A stretch of 64,000 nt of DNA from Granulicella sp. GTDB taxonomy: Bacteria; Acidobacteriota; Terriglobia; Terriglobales; Acidobacteriaceae. Of the stretch, positions 49,889 through 61,859 are shown in pieces (the first letter of the stretch is position 1; the number at the start of each line of letters is the position of its first letter). Position numbers and translations under genes: made by a program. Location of the stretch: contig DAHXNO010000186.1 of assembly GCA_027365345.1 (NCBI GenBank), positions 17,559 through 81,558 of the forward strand, in the 5' to 3' direction. Under the pieces are notes generated by a model. It did no database searches, was not told the DNA's origin, and saw only the letters and a list, made by a program, of their open reading frames with translations.

Positions 49889-50926
49889 ATGAGCCGCCTC
49901 AGCCTCACGACCCTCGCCGCCGCCACCACCATCACCGTTACCGGAGCTGCCATCACCGCCGCAGCCGCCGCTGTCGCCGCCACCGGAGCCGCCGTGATGG
50001 TGGTGCGCTCGTTGCGCACACGCAGGAACTGGCCCGGAACGGCGAGCCACGGCAGCATCCGCCCCGTAGTGGTGGTCACCGGAGGCTCGCGAGGCCTGGG
50101 ACTGGCGATCGCCACCCGCTTTGCCCAGGATCCGGTCCGGCTGGTGCTGGCCGCGCGCAATCTGGAAGAATTGCAGCAGGCCCAGGTGCATCTGCTCACG
50201 CAGTTTGCCCATCTGAGCCCCGGAGACTTTCACCTGGTGGCCGCAGATCTGGCCAGGCCGGAGGAGTGCGAACGCCTGGTCGCCGAAACTATCGCTCGCT
50301 TCGGCCGGATCGATGTCCTGGTGAACAACGCGGGCATCATCCATGTGGGCCCCGTCGAATCCCAGACGCTGGATACCTTTGAACAGACCATGCGGGTGAA
50401 CTTCTTCGCCGCGCTCTACGTCACCTGGGCCGCCCTGCCGCATATGCGCAGCCAGCCGGCACTGGATGGCCATCCGGCGCACAGCCGCCGCGCCTCCATC
50501 GTGAACATCGCCAGTGTGGGTGGTAAGATCGCCGTTCCTCACATGCTTCCTTACTCCGCCGCCAAGTTCGCCCTGGTCGGCTTCTCTGAGGGTCTGCACG
50601 CCGAGCTGCGTCACAAGGGCATTCGCGTCACCACCGTGTGTCCTGGCCTGATGCGTACCGGTGGGGAGGTCCACGCCAACTTCCGGGGCGACGTTGACGC
50701 CGAACGCCGCTGGTTCAACCTTGCCGCCCGCACCCCAGGGGTTGCGGTCACGACGCGCCATGCGGCCAATCGCATCTACCATGCCGTGGCCGCCGGCCGC
50801 GCGGAGATCACCATCAGCCCGCAAGCCTGGCTGGCGGCCCGGTTCGGCGCGCTGTGTCCTGAACTGCTCCAGTACGCCAACGCCATGGCCAACCAATACG
50901 TACTTCCCAAGAACCCGAAACCGTAG
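49889..50926 (+). CDS. SDR-family oxidoreductase with an Ala/Thr-rich N-terminal hydrophobic segment
   Basis: VTGGSRGLG, DVLVNNAG and YSAAK catalytic motif; start ATG 49889. Confidence 0.9.
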   Translation: MSRLSLTTLAAATTITVTGAAITAAAAAVAATGAAVMVVRSLRTRRNWPGTASHGSIRPVVVVTGGSRGLGLAIATRFAQDPVRLVLAARNLEELQQAQVHLLTQFAHLSPGDFHLVAADLARPEECERLVAETIARFGRIDVLVNNAGIIHVGPVESQTLDTFEQTMRVNFFAALYVTWAALPHMRSQPALDGHPAHSRRASIVNIASVGGKIAVPHMLPYSAAKFALVGFSEGLHAELRHKGIRVTTVCPGLMRTGGEVHANFRGDVDAERRWFNLAARTPGVAVTTRHAANRIYHAVAAGRAEITISPQAWLAARFGALCPELLQYANAMANQYVLPKNPKP

Positions 50927-51030
50927 CGTGCTGCTGCGAGGCGTCTCACCGGGATAGCCTTCTTCTGCCGGTAGGAGCAGAGCGGGGAGCCGGGAGCGGG
51001 GAGCGGCGCGATGGCCCGGCGGCCGCAGGC

Positions 51031-52263
51031 TCAAATCTGCGCCAGCATCTCCGCTCTTGGGTCCTCCGGGTTCAACCGCTGCAACTCGCGCAAAATCTCC
51101 TTCGAACGCTCATCGTGCACCTGCGGCACAACGATTTTTACCTCAACAATCTGATCTCCGCGGCGGCCTTCATGGGTCGCGCTGGCCACGCCCTTTTCGC
51201 GCATCCGCAGCTTCTGCCCGCTCTGCGTTCCGGGCGGAATCTTCAGCGTGGCTCTTCCAGTCTCCGTCCCGACGCCGTCCACGGTGGGCACCTCAATCTT
51301 CGAGCCCAGCGCCGCCTCCATCGCGGTCACCGGCACGGTGAGATGAATGTCATCGCCCACGCGCCTGAAGAGCTTGTGCGCACCCACCTTGATGATCAGA
51401 TAAAGATCTCCGTTGGGAGCTCCCTCCGTGCCGGCGTTGCCCTTGCCGGCTAGCCGGATCCTCTGCCCATCCCGCGTTCCCGGCTTGATGTTGAACTGCA
51501 GCGGCTCACGCCGCGTCAGCACGCCGGCGCCGGCGCAGGTGGAGCAGGCATTCTGCACCTTGCCACTGCCACTGCATCGCGGGCATTGGACGCTGAACTT
51601 CATCCGCCCGCCCATCTGCGTCACCTGCCCAGTCCCATGGCACTCCGGGCACTCCATACTCCCACCGGTTACGGCTTTGCCCTGGCAGGTGGGACACGGC
51701 TCCTGACGATGAATCTCCAGCCGGGTTACGCCGCCGCGAATCGCTGTCCAGAAGTCAATCTCCACCTGATACTCGAGATCCGTGCCTGGTTGCGGCCCGC
51801 GAGCCTGCCGTCCGCGCCCCCCGAACATGCCGGAGAACACATCGCGAAAGCTTGATCCAAACCCCTCCGCAGGCGGCGAAGATTTGCCCCCACCCTGGAA
51901 CCCGGAGAAGTCAAACCCTTCGAAGTCGAATGGAACTCCCTGGGCGCGCCCCTTACCGCCGGCGAAGCCTTCAAACCCGCTGGAAGCGGCTCCGCCGCGC
52001 GCGTAAGCCTCGGCCGTCGCCGGATCGATGTTGTCGGAGTAGAAGCCCACCTGGTCATAGATCTTCCGCTTCTTCTCGTCGCTGAGCACATCGTTGGCTT
52101 CAGAGATCTCCTTGAACCGCTCCTCGGCCTTCTTGTCGCCGGGGTTTACATCCGGATGATACTTCCGCGCCAGCTTCCGGAATGCCTTGCGGATCTCCTC
52201 GGCAGAAGCTGTCTTCTTCACTCCAAGCGTACTGTAGTAATCCTTGGTCTTGCTCGCTGCCAT
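51031..52263 (-). CDS. dnaJ: DnaJ chaperone (J domain plus two CxxCxGxG repeats)
   Basis: DYY..LGV, HPD motif, G/F-rich region, [32 protein letters not shown] zinc repeats. Confidence 0.93.
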   Translation of the reverse strand: MAASKTKDYYSTLGVKKTASAEEIRKAFRKLARKYHPDVNPGDKKAEERFKEISEANDVLSDEKKRKIYDQVGFYSDNIDPATAEAYARGGAASSGFEGFAGGKGRAQGVPFDFEGFDFSGFQGGGKSSPPAEGFGSSFRDVFSGMFGGRGRQARGPQPGTDLEYQVEIDFWTAIRGGVTRLEIHRQEPCPTCQGKAVTGGSMECPECHGTGQVTQMGGRMKFSVQCPRCSGSGKVQNACSTCAGAGVLTRREPLQFNIKPGTRDGQRIRLAGKGNAGTEGAPNGDLYLIIKVGAHKLFRRVGDDIHLTVPVTAMEAALGSKIEVPTVDGVGTETGRATLKIPPGTQSGQKLRMREKGVASATHEGRRGDQIVEVKIVVPQVHDERSKEILRELQRLNPEDPRAEMLAQI

Positions 52264-52451
52264 CTCTTGCGTGTCCCTTCTAAGCTTCCGGGGTCATGGT
52301 GCTACGCCGCAGTCTTGCAAGCAGGCATTGGATCCGGTGGGGGGTTCAAGCAACAAGGTTTGGCTGCATCCCTTTCCCACTTCTCCAAGGAAGGAACAGC
52401 CGCGCGGCGCGACTGGCCACCAAGCACCGGAGATCTGTGCCGGCTGCCTGC

Positions 52452-52709
52452 TCAGTTCCAAACTGCGCTGGCTTGAATCGCTTCAACGTTGAACATCTGG
52501 TCCGGCTCCATCTGATGCATTTTAGCCACAAACGCCTCCGCCTCCTCTCGGGACGCAAACACACTCCGCTCATACAGCCGCCCGGCTCGCAGTGCATCAC
52601 AGCGCCACAGCAACTCCTGCGTCCACACGCTGGGACCGCCCAGGTCCCAGCGCACCTGGACAGGCCATACCTGGGTCTCTTGGCTACCCTGATCTCTCTC
52701 GTCGGTCAT
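52452..52709 (-). CDS. 85-aa hypothetical protein between dnaK and dnaJ
   Basis: GGGAGGTG RBS before ATG 52709; natural-looking alpha/beta sequence ending ...FNVEAIQASAVWN; same strand as the flanking chaperones. Confidence 0.75.
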   Translation of the reverse strand: MTDERDQGSQETQVWPVQVRWDLGGPSVWTQELLWRCDALRAGRLYERSVFASREEAEAFVAKMHQMEPDQMFNVEAIQASAVWN

Positions 52710-52880
52710 CTCTCCACCTCCCTTGTGAGAAACAGCGTGCTGCTCTCTCGGCGGATGGGAGCGCCCGGCAGGCTCCATCCTGTAAACAGCAGAAACCAGA
52801 GGTAACACCCTGGAAGAGTGAGGAGGAGGCATGATGACTCCTCCTCCTCGCCTCCGCGCAAACGCCAGTTGCGAAGGTTC

Positions 52881-54788
<1,908 letters not shown>

Positions 54789-54839
54789 ATTTCTATCCAT
54801 CCTTAAGGCGGTACGCCCAAATCTAAACTCACTCACCCT

Positions 54840-54869
54840 AGCTTCCCATGTGAGTGACTTATTGTCAAC
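54840..54869 (-). promoter_or_regulatory. dnaK promoter (TTGACA-N17-GAAGCT, TGn extended -10) overlapped by a HAIR-like HspR operator (GTTGACA-N7-ACTCACA)
   Basis: Read on the minus strand; 9 of 14 positions match the HAIR consensus CTTGAGT-N7-ACTCAAG with exact spacing. Confidence 0.6.
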
Positions 54870-55070
54870 TTATATGATTGTATATTTCACTCCAAGGATG
54901 CTTAAAATTCGGATGTGGAGCACGAAGCTTCAGGAGGAAGGTCCAGAAGCCGACTGCGGAACTGCTACTCCGCACCCATTGAGACAGGATGCCGACGGGA
55001 GACCTCAGCCGATCTGGCGCCGAGGCTGTTGTGCTGTATTCGTACGGCCACCGCGCCGGGCTGGTTTGGC

Positions 55071-56348
55071 TCAAGCGCGGGGCTGACGCCCCACAGTCAA
55101 AAAGTACCCCAGCAGAAGCAGCGCCGCCGCCCCACCCATGACCGCCTCGGTTCCCGGCAAACCACGCACTCCAAACCGGCTCCCGCCCCAGCCATCCAGC
55201 GCGATCATATAGACAACCGGCACGTTGCCCATCGAGTTGATGATGGAATAGCGGCTGCTCCCGCTCTTGCCGGAACTGCCAAGAAACTCCAGCACCACCG
55301 CGGTAAACATCGCATAGGCCATGCCCACCGTGAGCAGATACAGCGCAACCCCAACATAATAAGTGCCTTGTTGCAACGGACCGAGGGAGAGCACCGCCAG
55401 CGTCGCGGCGTTCAGCAGGGCCACCAGCAAGTACGCAACGGAGGCTCTGATCCGCGCCGGAATCAGTGTGGCTGCCAGGGCCCCGGCAGCCATCAGCAAC
55501 GCTCCGCCCAGCCCATTCATCCAGGCCACCTGTTGCCCGCCCACGCCATACTCCCGCGCTACACCTGTCAGCAGACCAATCGCTGCTCCCGACGCCAGGG
55601 GGGAGAGCATCAAAACGATGTACGGCACCGCCCTCCAGTTGAGAAAGGTTGCTTGAAACTCCTCCCAGATTCTGCGCAGGGTGCGGCCGAAGCCTTGCTC
55701 CACCACCAGCTCCTGTCGCGGCGCGGCCAGGGCAAACAGAGCCGGCGCGGCGATGAGCACCCCTGCCACCAGCGGTATACTGCTCACCTCTCCGCGCTCA
55801 TGCAGCATCACCAGGACCAGCACGGACGCCGCGCCAAACCCGAGCCCTCCGCCCTGGTAGAATCCGCCGGCGACACGCTTGGCGCGCTCCTGTTGCAGGG
55901 CTCCCATCATCCCCCCGCAACTGGACACCACCAGCTGCGCCGCGCAGGCGCTCAGAAACATCAACGCGACAGCGCTTTCCCCGTCCAGCCGACGCTGCTC
56001 AAGAGCCAGCACCATCAAGAGCGCGGCGGTCACCGAAGCCATTAGAAGCCAGGTTCTGCGCTGCACCAGAAAATCGGTGAGCGGACTCCACAGAAAGTAG
56101 ATAGTGGTAGGCAGGGACAGCAGAGAGATGATCTGCGACGCTCGCAGCTCTGGGATGCCTTGCCGGCTCATCAGGAAGGCCAGGACTCCGCCCTGGATGA
56201 CTCCGTTGGCCACCACCGCGACCGGGGCCACCAGGAGTCCAAAGACCCATGGCCGCTCGTGGGCTCGATTTTTGTCTGGTGCAGACGCCCCAGCTTCATG
56301 GTTTGGGTTGGGCGCGCCGGCATCTCCTGCTACTTCCAACTCCTGCAT
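55071..56348 (-). CDS. MFS transporter, AmpG-like
   Basis: About 12 hydrophobic segments; FLWSPLTD and RRTWLL loop motif typical of AmpG-like MFS proteins. Confidence 0.75.
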   Translation of the reverse strand: MQELEVAGDAGAPNPNHEAGASAPDKNRAHERPWVFGLLVAPVAVVANGVIQGGVLAFLMSRQGIPELRASQIISLLSLPTTIYFLWSPLTDFLVQRRTWLLMASVTAALLMVLALEQRRLDGESAVALMFLSACAAQLVVSSCGGMMGALQQERAKRVAGGFYQGGGLGFGAASVLVLVMLHERGEVSSIPLVAGVLIAAPALFALAAPRQELVVEQGFGRTLRRIWEEFQATFLNWRAVPYIVLMLSPLASGAAIGLLTGVAREYGVGGQQVAWMNGLGGALLMAAGALAATLIPARIRASVAYLLVALLNAATLAVLSLGPLQQGTYYVGVALYLLTVGMAYAMFTAVVLEFLGSSGKSGSSRYSIINSMGNVPVVYMIALDGWGGSRFGVRGLPGTEAVMGGAAALLLLGYFLTVGRQPRA

Positions 56349-56378
56349 CTCTCAGAAGCTACCATCTTTCGCCTATGA

Positions 56379-57737
56379 TTGACGCAAGACCTTGAACTTA
56401 CCAGGCTGTGCTCCATGGCTTCAGATAAGACAATCCACGATTCGGCCCCTGATGCCACACCGGCTGCCGCGCCGGCTGATTTGAGCGCCGTACCAGGGAG
56501 TGGCTCCGCAGCCGCCTGCGCCATCCCTTCGTTTCCAAAGACCCAGCGCGATGTGGCCTTGGACGGCCTGCGCGGCCTTGCGGTTCTGCTGGTGTTTCTC
56601 TTTCACTACGGTGGCGGCCTTCAGTCTTCCAGGCCTGCAGTTCGCATGGTGGGCCTGATCACGCAGGCCGGTTGGCTGGGGGTGGTGCTCTTCTTCGCGC
56701 TGTCCGGCTTTCTGATCACGGGCAGTCTCTGGGAGACCGTTGCTCAGGGCCATCGACTACGCAACTTCTATGCGAGACGCGCCCTGCGCATCCTCCCCAT
56801 CTACAGTCTCGCTCTGCTGGCTGCGGCAGCCGCAGCGCTGCTGCGGGGCGCAACCCTATCCCAGCTCAAGCCGTTCGCCATCTTTGCCGTCTTCCTGCAG
56901 AACTTTCCTCACCTGGCCGCCGACGCAATTCAAAACCCCTCGCCACTTCCGCTCTATCACTTCTGGACCCTGGCCGTAGAAGAGCAGTTCTATCTGATCT
57001 GGCCTCTCATTCTGCTACTGGCCCATAGCCGGCGGCACGCTCTTCGCCTGAGCCTGTGGCTCTTCGCGGCCACGCTGTTCTTTCTGGTCTGCATCTATGG
57101 TTTGCCCGCCTTTGCCGGCGCCAGGTCCCATCACCTCTTTGACTACTTTCTGCTGACCCAAGGTGGGGCCATTGCGCTGGGCTGCGCAACCTCTCTTGCC
57201 ATGGGCAGCCGCTTCAGCCCCAGTGGCCGCAAACCCGGGACGCACCGCCTGGTGCGGAAATATGCTCTGCACGCATTCTGTATCGGGACAGCTATCTACT
57301 TGTTTACAAGTTATTTATCACGCTCGCTCTCACTTACAGACCCTATCCAGTTCTGGCTGGGGCTGCCGGCCATCAGCATCGCCGCCGCGGCCGCGATTCC
57401 TCTGGTGCTTCGCTCTGGCCTGCCCCGCACCCTCTTTTCGCATCCTCTGCTGGGTTGGATGGGCCGTATCAGTTACGGCTTTTACATCTACCACATCCTG
57501 CTCCAGCCTCTGTTTGACTATCTTGGCGCCCGTTACAGCCACCACACCGTGGGTAACGACTACCACATCGTCCGGGCTCTCTTCGCCTTTCTGATTACCT
57601 GTATCGTTTCCTGGGTGTCCTTCACCTTCTTCGAGAAACCGATTCTTTCTCTCAAACGGCACTTTCCCCTGTACCCATCCCTGCCTTGGGGAGAACCTGT
57701 GCCGGAGACTCACCGCTCGCACCACCACCACTCCTGA
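56379..57737 (+). CDS. Acyltransferase-3 (OafA-like) membrane O-acyltransferase
   Basis: LDGLRGLAV, GVVLFFALSGFLIT, FYARRALRI, HFWTLAVEEQFY and GRISYGFYIYH motifs; the start may be ATG 56414. Confidence 0.9.
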   Translation: MTQDLELTRLCSMASDKTIHDSAPDATPAAAPADLSAVPGSGSAAACAIPSFPKTQRDVALDGLRGLAVLLVFLFHYGGGLQSSRPAVRMVGLITQAGWLGVVLFFALSGFLITGSLWETVAQGHRLRNFYARRALRILPIYSLALLAAAAAALLRGATLSQLKPFAIFAVFLQNFPHLAADAIQNPSPLPLYHFWTLAVEEQFYLIWPLILLLAHSRRHALRLSLWLFAATLFFLVCIYGLPAFAGARSHHLFDYFLLTQGGAIALGCATSLAMGSRFSPSGRKPGTHRLVRKYALHAFCIGTAIYLFTSYLSRSLSLTDPIQFWLGLPAISIAAAAAIPLVLRSGLPRTLFSHPLLGWMGRISYGFYIYHILLQPLFDYLGARYSHHTVGNDYHIVRALFAFLITCIVSWVSFTFFEKPILSLKRHFPLYPSLPWGEPVPETHRSHHHHS

Positions 57738-57931
57738 ATCATCCACGCGGGGAATCATCCTTACGGTAATCGTCCCTCCCGGGGCAAAAAATTTGAGGAC
57801 TCTGGCTCTGCTCAAACATCCAAGTGATGAGCACAAAGTACAGCGTGAAGCATTGACGCCTGCCGACAGCTCGCGGGATAGACCAGACGCTATCCAAGAT
57901 CTACTGCCAGAGAGTCGAGAATCCTGCCCGC

Positions 57932-59518
57932 ATGGCCACTGCCGCCGCCGCCAGCCCCGACATTCAAAAAGAGGTAACGCATGGCTTCAGTCCCTGGTGG
58001 ATAGCGGCCGCCGTGATGCTGGCCACCTTCATGGAGGTGCTGGATACATCGATCGCATCGGTGGCTCTGCCTTACATCGCGGGCTCACTCTCCGCCTCCA
58101 CGGACGAGGCCACCTGGGTTCTGACCAGCTATCTGGTCTCCAACGCCATTGTTCTGCCGGCCTCCAACTGGTTTTCGCTGAAGTTCGGGCGCAAGAACTT
58201 CCTGATGGCTTGCGTGGCCATCTTCACGCTTGCCAGCTTTGCCTGCGGGGCAGCCCCCTCACTGGCCATGCTGCTCGTCTTCCGCGTGATCCAGGGCGCC
58301 GGTGGAGGCGCGTTGCAGCCCATCTCACAGGCCGTGCTGCTGGAGAGCTTTCCTCCCATCAAGCGTGGAGCGGCCATGGCCGTCTTTGCCCTGGGCGTAG
58401 TGGTCGCCCCCGTACTGGGCCCTACGCTGGGCGGCTGGCTGACCGACACCTACTCCTGGCGCTACGCCTTTTACATCAACATCCCCGTGGGCATCCTGGC
58501 CCTGTACATGATCAACAAGTACATCCATGACCCGTCCTACATTCGGAACGCCAAGGTCTCACGATTCGACAACCTGGGCTTCGGATCTTTGGTGATTTGG
58601 ATCGGATGCCTGCAGGTGATTCTGGACAAAGGTCAAGAGTCTGATTGGTTCGGCGCCCTGTGGGTCCGCTGGGCGTTCGCCGTCATGTTGGTTGCTTTGG
58701 CGGTCTTCATCTACCAGTCGTTTTGGGGCAAACAGCCTCTGGTGAACCTGCGCGTTCTGAAAGATCGTAACTTCCTGGTGGGTTTTAGCCTCATCTTCCT
58801 GTTTGGCATCGCCATCTACTCCACCATCGTGGTTCTCCCCCTGTTCTATCAGGAACTCATCGGCTATACGGCGTTCACGGCCGGGTTGGTGGTGGCGCCA
58901 CGCGGCGTCGGCGCCATCCTGGCCATGCCTGTGATTGGCTTTCTCTCCAACAAGGTTGACCCGCGCCGGCTGCTGACCTTCGGCTTTATCACCTTTGGCG
59001 TGACCACGCTCTACTTCGGTTCCATCACCCTGGGCATCTCCCCATGGACGCTGTTTCTGCCCATTCTGATTACCGGCTTCGGTCTCAGCTTTGTGTTCGT
59101 CCCGATCAATACCGCCGCCTATGGGACGCTCGCCAATGAGCAGATCGGCAACGCCAGCGGATTATTCAACCTGATGCGCAATGTGGGTGGCTCCATCGGC
59201 ATCTCGATTGCGACCACGCTGCTTACCCGCCGCACCGACGTTCATCAGAACGAACTGACCAACTACATCCCCCAGTCCGGCATAGCCTTCGAACAGTCCT
59301 TGCACGCCACCAAGCACTTCCTCAACAACTACTTCGGCCCTGCCAACGCCGCCGCCGCCGCGCGTCTCACGCTTTATCAGCAACTCAACCAGCAGGCCAC
59401 GTATTGGGCCTTCATCGATGTCCTTCGCTGGACATCGCTGCTCAGCTTTGCCTGCATCATCGTGGTCTGGTTCTTCCGGCGAGTGAAACCGGGCAGAGGT
59501 CCCTCCGGTGTCCACTAG
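57932..59518 (+). CDS. DHA2 (EmrB/QacA) MFS efflux pump
   Basis: FMEVLDTSIASVALP, WVLTSYL, RVIQGAGGG, GPTLGGWL and NLMRNVGGSIG motifs. Confidence 0.92.
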   Translation: MATAAAASPDIQKEVTHGFSPWWIAAAVMLATFMEVLDTSIASVALPYIAGSLSASTDEATWVLTSYLVSNAIVLPASNWFSLKFGRKNFLMACVAIFTLASFACGAAPSLAMLLVFRVIQGAGGGALQPISQAVLLESFPPIKRGAAMAVFALGVVVAPVLGPTLGGWLTDTYSWRYAFYINIPVGILALYMINKYIHDPSYIRNAKVSRFDNLGFGSLVIWIGCLQVILDKGQESDWFGALWVRWAFAVMLVALAVFIYQSFWGKQPLVNLRVLKDRNFLVGFSLIFLFGIAIYSTIVVLPLFYQELIGYTAFTAGLVVAPRGVGAILAMPVIGFLSNKVDPRRLLTFGFITFGVTTLYFGSITLGISPWTLFLPILITGFGLSFVFVPINTAAYGTLANEQIGNASGLFNLMRNVGGSIGISIATTLLTRRTDVHQNELTNYIPQSGIAFEQSLHATKHFLNNYFGPANAAAAARLTLYQQLNQQATYWAFIDVLRWTSLLSFACIIVVWFFRRVKPGRGPSGVH

Positions 59519-59524
59519 GCGTCT

Positions 59525-60817
59525 TCAGTCCTTGAATCGTCCCTGATAGGCCCATAACCCGAGGCTGGGATTTGAGATATAAAAGATCTCTTCTCCATCC
59601 ACCACATTCCATCCGTCGGTGAGCCGGGCAGGATCATACTTCGCGGTGTACTCCGCCAGATCTCCATAGGCAAAGTGCACGCTTTCGATCTCAGACTGGG
59701 TGAGGTGTCCTGGGCAGTAGCGAATCAGAAACCGGCCCTCGCTGGAGCCATGGATCAGATGCGCCGCAGCGCTCAAGTTGGCAGCCAACTCCGGATCGTC
59801 CTTGACTGCCTGCAGCGTCTTCGGCGTACCGCAGTAGCCATAGCGTCGAATCAGCCGATCAATCGTCTTATCCTCGCCGAAGTCCTTCAAGCCGGGGGCG
59901 AGAACGATCAGCTCCGCATCATCGGCCAGGGCCATTCGCGTCCGGTAGACGCTTTTGTTGCCCAGCCAGGTGGTGTGATACTCGTGCGGATCCAGAAACA
60001 CCACGGCCTTCCTGATTTCCCGGTCCATCATCAGGAAGTTGCACTGCAGGCTCAAGGCAGCGGCTCGCTCAAAGCACTCCGCATCGTCGCCGATGAATAT
60101 CCCGCGCATCACCAACTCGCCGGCCTGGTTCTTATTCACCACGGTCTGCACGTAGACAATCTGGGGCATCTGGTTGGCAAAGTGCTCGCTGGCATAGTTG
60201 AGCAGCCTGCGTACCGGAGTATCCGCACGCCCCATCATGCGCTCCATTCCGTAGACCGCCCCGAGAAAGTGCGAGCGATGAATCCCAACGGCGCCGCCGG
60301 TGCCGACAAAGATATTCTTGTTTCCGTTGGCCATCCCCACCACCTCATGCGGCACCACCTGGCCAATCGACAGGATCAGGTCATGCCCGCCCTCCGTGCC
60401 CACCAAGAGCTTGTTTACCTGCGCCGGCCAGGAGTAATCCAGCTTGCCCTCGCTCACCTGGTGCATAAACTCTCCAGGAACTTCACCCAGGGTCACAATG
60501 TCGTTGCGCCAGTCATGCACACGAAACAGACCGCGCGGTGTCTTGCCAAACATGCTGGCAATCTGGGCATCGGTCATTGCGATATGGGTTCCGAGCGCCG
60601 GCAATACATCGGTCATCGCATCGCCGTAGAACTCCCAGGCCATCTCGGTCAGTTCTCCGGACCTGGAGTGAAAGCGGGTAAAGTCCGGCGGGACGGCCAG
60701 CACGCTCTTCCGCTCACCCAGCTTGCTGAGCCCTTCGTGCAGTCCCGCACGAATCTCCGCCAAGCTCATCTCTGTCTCCGCCGACCCTGCCGCAAAAAAC
60801 AAACTCATCATCCTCAC
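59525..60817 (-). CDS. Lactate-racemase (LarA/DUF2088) superfamily protein
   Basis: PPDFTR, ALGTH, HDW, VPHEVVGM.NG.K, H..SH and WLGNK align with the LarA nickel-pincer-binding layout. Confidence 0.78.
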   Translation of the reverse strand: MRMMSLFFAAGSAETEMSLAEIRAGLHEGLSKLGERKSVLAVPPDFTRFHSRSGELTEMAWEFYGDAMTDVLPALGTHIAMTDAQIASMFGKTPRGLFRVHDWRNDIVTLGEVPGEFMHQVSEGKLDYSWPAQVNKLLVGTEGGHDLILSIGQVVPHEVVGMANGNKNIFVGTGGAVGIHRSHFLGAVYGMERMMGRADTPVRRLLNYASEHFANQMPQIVYVQTVVNKNQAGELVMRGIFIGDDAECFERAAALSLQCNFLMMDREIRKAVVFLDPHEYHTTWLGNKSVYRTRMALADDAELIVLAPGLKDFGEDKTIDRLIRRYGYCGTPKTLQAVKDDPELAANLSAAAHLIHGSSEGRFLIRYCPGHLTQSEIESVHFAYGDLAEYTAKYDPARLTDGWNVVDGEEIFYISNPSLGLWAYQGRFKD

Positions 60818-61007
60818 CTTGACCGTGACGTCGTCGTCTCTGTGGTCTGACCTTTCTACCGCAATGTTGTTAGCATACCGCTACAGTCAACCTCCATTCC
60901 TGATAAAGTCAAAACTGGCCTTGGACCGCCCGCTCAGACGCCTTGGATTGGGCTGCGCGGCGGGTTCGGCTTGTGATTCAGCAAAATAACCAGCACGGAG
61001 TTCTTCC

Positions 61008-61784
61008 TTGTCCGACCGTATTACGCCCCGCCGCCTTTCGACCCCGGAATTTCGCGCCCGCGTGCACGCTCTGAATCCCTCCATTGCGGTCTTTGATTGC
61101 GATGGCACGCTATGGTCGCCGGATGCAGGTTCGGCCTTCATGCATTGGACGATCGACACCAAACTCCTCTCCGCAGAGCAGGTTGCGTGGCTCATGGATC
61201 GTTACGAAGGCTACAAGCGTGGCGCAGTCTCCGAGTACGGCATCTGCGGCGATATGGTCCGGGTCTATCGCGGCCTGCCGGAGAAGACTCTTCGGGAAGC
61301 CGCCGCACACTTCTTCCGCGACTACATCGAGCCTTACATCTTCCCGGAGATGGCCGCTCTGATCGCTGAACTCCAGCACCGCCACTGCGACATCTGGGCG
61401 GTGAGCTCCACCAACAACTGGGTGATTGAAGAAGGGGTGCGCCGCTTCGACATCCCTGCCAGCCACGTGCTGGCAGCCCGAGTTGAAGTGGAGCACGGCG
61501 TAATTACGGACCGTCTGGTCCACGTTCCAACCGATGAAGACAAAGTGGAGGCTCTGCGCCGCGTCGAGATCACCAGCGAGGAAAACCCTCCCAATGTGGT
61601 CTTCGGCAACTCCATCCATGATGCCGCGATGCTCTCGATAGCTCGTTGCTTCGGGACGAAAAGGGCGGACGCCGAGCCGGGTGGACTGTGCGGCGCCTTT
61701 CCGGTGAACCCCTCGCTGGGTCTGATGGAAGTGGCAACAGACGAAGGCTGGCCGGTTTACTATCCTGCCCCCATTCAGCCCTGA
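61008..61784 (+). CDS. HAD-superfamily (IB) hydrolase
   Basis: VFDCDGTLW motif I, VSS motif II, K motif III and FGNSIHD..ML motif IV; TTG start. Confidence 0.82.
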   Translation: MSDRITPRRLSTPEFRARVHALNPSIAVFDCDGTLWSPDAGSAFMHWTIDTKLLSAEQVAWLMDRYEGYKRGAVSEYGICGDMVRVYRGLPEKTLREAAAHFFRDYIEPYIFPEMAALIAELQHRHCDIWAVSSTNNWVIEEGVRRFDIPASHVLAARVEVEHGVITDRLVHVPTDEDKVEALRRVEITSEENPPNVVFGNSIHDAAMLSIARCFGTKRADAEPGGLCGAFPVNPSLGLMEVATDEGWPVYYPAPIQP

Positions 61785-61823
61785 AGTCTGGCGCAGAAGA
61801 GACTCGCGTGAGGCTCGCAACGT

Positions 61824-61855
61824 CTACACTGGACAGAGACTACACTGGACAGTGA
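61824..61855 (+). repeat. 16-bp direct repeat x2 (CTACACTGGACAGWGA) immediately before the Nudix start
   Basis: Units at 61824 and 61840, 15 of 16 bases identical. Confidence 0.8.
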
Positions 61856-61859
61856 CCTG

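Noticed and set aside
54826-54860. CIRCE element before dnaK
   Set aside because: The CACTC and GAGTG halves are 17 nt apart rather than 9, and the TTAG/CTAA flanks are missing.
57716-57737. His-rich tail (HRSHHHHS) on the acyltransferase as a metal site or engineered tag
   Set aside because: It is too short, and low-complexity tails are common in this window; nothing else supports it.
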